Shown: piece after piece, positions 37,857 to 40,626 of the stretch
Layout: every line of letters begins with the position of its first letter
How positions within the stretch are numbered: the stretch's first letter is position 1
Program-made: the position numbers and the translations under genes
IMG/VR virus record: IMGVR_UViG_2737471840_000007
Location: 1 to 40,626 of that record
Strand: one strand, 5' to 3'
DNA: 40,626 nt
Source of the DNA: a virus
Lineage: Duplodnaviria; Heunggongvirae; Uroviricota; Caudoviricetes
Notes under the pieces: model-generated
Database searches by the model: none
What the model was told of the DNA's origin: nothing
Seen by the model: only the letters and a program-made list of their open reading frames with translations

Positions 37857-38210
37857 ATGCGATACCGTCGCGAAGATACTGAAGGCGATTACACTTTCGG
37901 CCAGGGTGACGATACTTTCCTTATCGACAGTCCGGAATGTGTCGCCCAGGCCGTAAAAACCCGTTTCGAGCTGTGGCGCGGTCAGTGGTTTCTCGATCTG
38001 ACGGAAGGCACGCCGTATGTTCAGTCAGTGCTTGGGAAGCAGCGATCAGATGTCTACATCCTGGCTATACGCGAACGCATACAGGATACACCTGGCGTTC
38101 TGTCGATTCTTTCCTTCGATACCAATTATGACGGCACCAGCCGTCGCGTCACCTTCACTTCCTCCATTGACACAATCTACGGCCAGACGACTGTAACAAG
38201 CGAGGCATAA
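37857..38210 (+). CDS. Baseplate protein (gpW / gp25-like, Mu gp46-position)
   Basis: 117-aa ORF; size and position. Confidence 0.5.
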   Translation: MRYRREDTEGDYTFGQGDDTFLIDSPECVAQAVKTRFELWRGQWFLDLTEGTPYVQSVLGKQRSDVYILAIRERIQDTPGVLSILSFDTNYDGTSRRVTFTSSIDTIYGQTTVTSEA

Positions 38211-39410
38211 ATGGCTTTGAACCTCGACACGCTGGGGCTATCGGCAACGGTAACCGCCCAGGGGATTAGTGCGCCTGATTACCAGACAATCCTAGATACA
38301 CTGACCAGCTATTTCAGGCAGATTTACGGTAGTGATGCCTACCTCGAACCAGACAGCAAAGACGGGCAGATGGTCGCGCTGGTGGCTCTTGCCGTGCATG
38401 ACGCTAACAACACCGCTATCGGGATCTACAACTCTTTTTCACCGACGACAGCGCAGGCCGCAGCGCTTAGCAGCAATGTGAAAATTAACGGGATCACGCG
38501 AAAAGTAGCGACAAACTCTACTGCTGACCTTCTGTTAACCGGTACGGCAGGCACGACTATCACGAATGGCTCCGCACGGGATAAAAACGGCATTATCTGG
38601 AATTTTCCCGCAAGTGTAGCGATCGGCGTTGATGGTACTGTGCTGGTGACGGCCACATGTGCGAATAGCGGTTCGGTTGCGGCGCTGGCCGGGACTATTA
38701 CCACTATCAACACCCCGACCCGAGGTTGGGTGTCGGTAACCAATCCAGTTGCGGCTACTGTCGGTTCACCAGCCGAAACCGACGCAGAGCTGCGCATTCG
38801 GCAGGGGCAAAGCGTCGCGCTACCATCGATCACACCGTTTGAAGGTGTCGACGGTGCTATCGCTAATGTTGCTGGCGTGACACGTCACAAACTATATGAG
38901 AACGACACTGGGGAAACCGACAGCAACGGGCTGCCGCCACACTCTATTTCCGCCATCGTCGATGGAGGGGATGTTACCGAGATAGCCCAGACCATCAGGG
39001 GGAATAAAGGGCAGGGAACCGCAACTTACGGTAAAACTTCTGTCACAGTGCCGGATACTTATGGTAATCCTCACGTCATCAGTTTTTCGCGCTCTACCGA
39101 TGTGCCTATTTTCGTAGCCATTACCCTGAAAGTTTTTACCGGGTATACCTCTCAAATCGGCGAGCAGATCAAACAGGCTGTTGCCGACTATATTAACGGC
39201 CTGACAATTGGCGACGACGTTCTGCTGAGCCGTATTTATTCCCCGGCAAACCTTGGCGTAGTGAGCGGCGGTAATGCCCGATATTACGACATTACCGACC
39301 TGCTGATCGGTAAGTCGTCTGGCAGCGTATCGGCATCAAATATTGATATTGCCTATGATGCTTCGGCGTCCTGTAGCACCGCGAATATCACAATCACGGT
39401 GACCTCATGA
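38211..39410 (+). CDS. Baseplate J-like protein (Mu gp47-position)
   Basis: 399-aa ORF; size and position in conserved baseplate order. Confidence 0.6.
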   Translation: MALNLDTLGLSATVTAQGISAPDYQTILDTLTSYFRQIYGSDAYLEPDSKDGQMVALVALAVHDANNTAIGIYNSFSPTTAQAAALSSNVKINGITRKVATNSTADLLLTGTAGTTITNGSARDKNGIIWNFPASVAIGVDGTVLVTATCANSGSVAALAGTITTINTPTRGWVSVTNPVAATVGSPAETDAELRIRQGQSVALPSITPFEGVDGAIANVAGVTRHKLYENDTGETDSNGLPPHSISAIVDGGDVTEIAQTIRGNKGQGTATYGKTSVTVPDTYGNPHVISFSRSTDVPIFVAITLKVFTGYTSQIGEQIKQAVADYINGLTIGDDVLLSRIYSPANLGVVSGGNARYYDITDLLIGKSSGSVSASNIDIAYDASASCSTANITITVTS

Positions 39411-40087
39411 GCAAATACACCGAACTGATCACTAACTACCACGCTACCAAGCCACTCTTTTTTGACCATATAGATCTGAGCACCCGCCCGCTGATTGATG
39501 TGTCCAGCACTATGTCAGGGCTTGTAACAGCCTTCGATATCGATACGGCGGTTGGCGTGCAACTCGATATCCTCGGCCTGTGGATTGGGCGTAGTCGTAT
39601 AGTCAGCCAGCCAATTAGCGGCGTTTATTTCAGCTGGGACACTGACGGGCTCGGATATGACCAGGGCATCTGGCAAGGGCCATATGATCCTGATTCTGGC
39701 TATACGACGCTGAGTGATGACACCTACCGCATCATTCTGAAAGCGAAAATCGCTATCAACAACTGGGACGGGCGGAACGACTCGCTGCCGCCCATTCTTG
39801 ACGCTGCGACCGCAGGCTCTGGCCTGAAGATGCAAATCGTCGACAACCAGGACATGACGATTTCGGTCTGGGTATTCCCCGAGGCTGATATTTCTGATGT
39901 ATCTCTCGAACTGATAGCTGCTATCAAACAGGGCTATCTCACGGTTAAAGCTGCTGGTGTATGGGCCGGTGATGTTGAAACGCCTTCGATAGAAACACCT
40001 TCCGAGGGCTCTAAATTCTTTGGGTTTGATATGGATAACGAATACATCGGCGGATTCGATGTAGGAGCATGGGGAGTATTACTCTGA
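39407..40087 (+). CDS. Tail protein (Mu gp48-position, gpI-like)
   Basis: 226-aa ORF, ATGA overlap with upstream gene. Confidence 0.5.
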   Translation: MSKYTELITNYHATKPLFFDHIDLSTRPLIDVSSTMSGLVTAFDIDTAVGVQLDILGLWIGRSRIVSQPISGVYFSWDTDGLGYDQGIWQGPYDPDSGYTTLSDDTYRIILKAKIAINNWDGRNDSLPPILDAATAGSGLKMQIVDNQDMTISVWVFPEADISDVSLELIAAIKQGYLTVKAAGVWAGDVETPSIETPSEGSKFFGFDMDNEYIGGFDVGAWGVLL

Positions 40088-40626
40088 TGGCAACAAATAA
40101 CTTTAAAGCGTTCGCGCTTGATCCGAATGCTAACGTCATGTCACAGGCTGACTGGGAAGCGCTTCCGGCGCTGCTGTCTGGCTTTACGGCCGGGAAAGCG
40201 TCCAGCGCCCAGGTAAACAAAGCCATCCGCCAGGCGACCACGATTGCTGCGCTGGTGGGGCAGTTTATTGCGAATTCCGGTGTGGACGCGCTGGATAATG
40301 CTGACGTTAACGGGCTGGTGACAAAGTTCACGAACGCGCTTACCACAAACCTTGGTTTGGGAACGGCATCGAAAAGGAATGTCGGGACGGGGGCAAATCA
40401 GATACCGGACATGTCCGCCTTCGCGTCAGGATCTGGGTATCAAAAACTACCGGGAGGATACATTTTGCAGTGGGGATCTGCGAATGCAGGTAACTCAGCA
40501 TCAACGGGAATATCTAATACGTTCCCAATTCCATTCCCGTCAGGGATTATCATCATTACGACCGGGCAGATTGACCCCTCTTATACTTCAGCACAACAGC
40601 CAGCATCAGTCGGTATTTCGTCGCCC
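40087..40626 (+). CDS. Tail fibre protein, N-terminal part (truncated by window end)
   Basis: Open frame from ATG at 40087 to window end (180 codons, [33 protein letters not shown]...), conserved tail-fibre N-terminal style; not in ORF track because no stop. Confidence 0.65.
   Translation, partial: MATNNFKAFALDPNANVMSQADWEALPALLSGFTAGKASSAQVNKAIRQATTIAALVGQFIANSGVDALDNADVNGLVTKFTNALTTNLGLGTASKRNVGTGANQIPDMSAFASGSGYQKLPGGYILQWGSANAGNSASTGISNTFPIPFPSGIIIITTGQIDPSYTSAQQPASVGISSP

Overview
The window starts with a complete host gene, the LacY-family sucrose permease cscB (1..1248), followed by about 440 bp of host intergenic DNA and then the left junction of a large prophage that runs to the end of the window (1690..40626+). 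The junction is a 15-nt copy of the 3' end of tRNA-Arg (argW) next to a TorI-like excisionase; no integrase is present at this end. The prophage is a mosaic. Its minus-strand early-left arm carries DUF551 and Ea22-like genes, RecT, kil-like and cIII-like small genes, ral, orf28 and a P22-type N with nutL boxB. Its immunity region is essentially lambda's (oL1-3/pL, cI, pRM/oR/pR, cro), followed by cII-like, O with internal ori iterons, a DnaB-type helicase, a nin region (ninB, a Dam-like MTase, ninE/F/G/H/I), a non-lambda Q-type antiterminator, two tRNAs and lambda-like S/R/Rz/Rz1. The late region encodes terminase, portal, head genes and a Mu-like contractile tail, including a chaperone with a -1 frameshift, a tape measure protein with an SLT domain, baseplate genes and a truncated tail fibre. 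The most interesting feature is a three-gene membrane-protein cassette occupying the rexAB position between cI and the immunity terminator, a candidate lysogen-expressed exclusion/defence module. A second accessory island (secreted protein plus DUF4236-like membrane protein, bracketed by terminators) interrupts the baseplate genes. All protein identifications rest on reading the translations and on recalled reference sequences; no database search was run.
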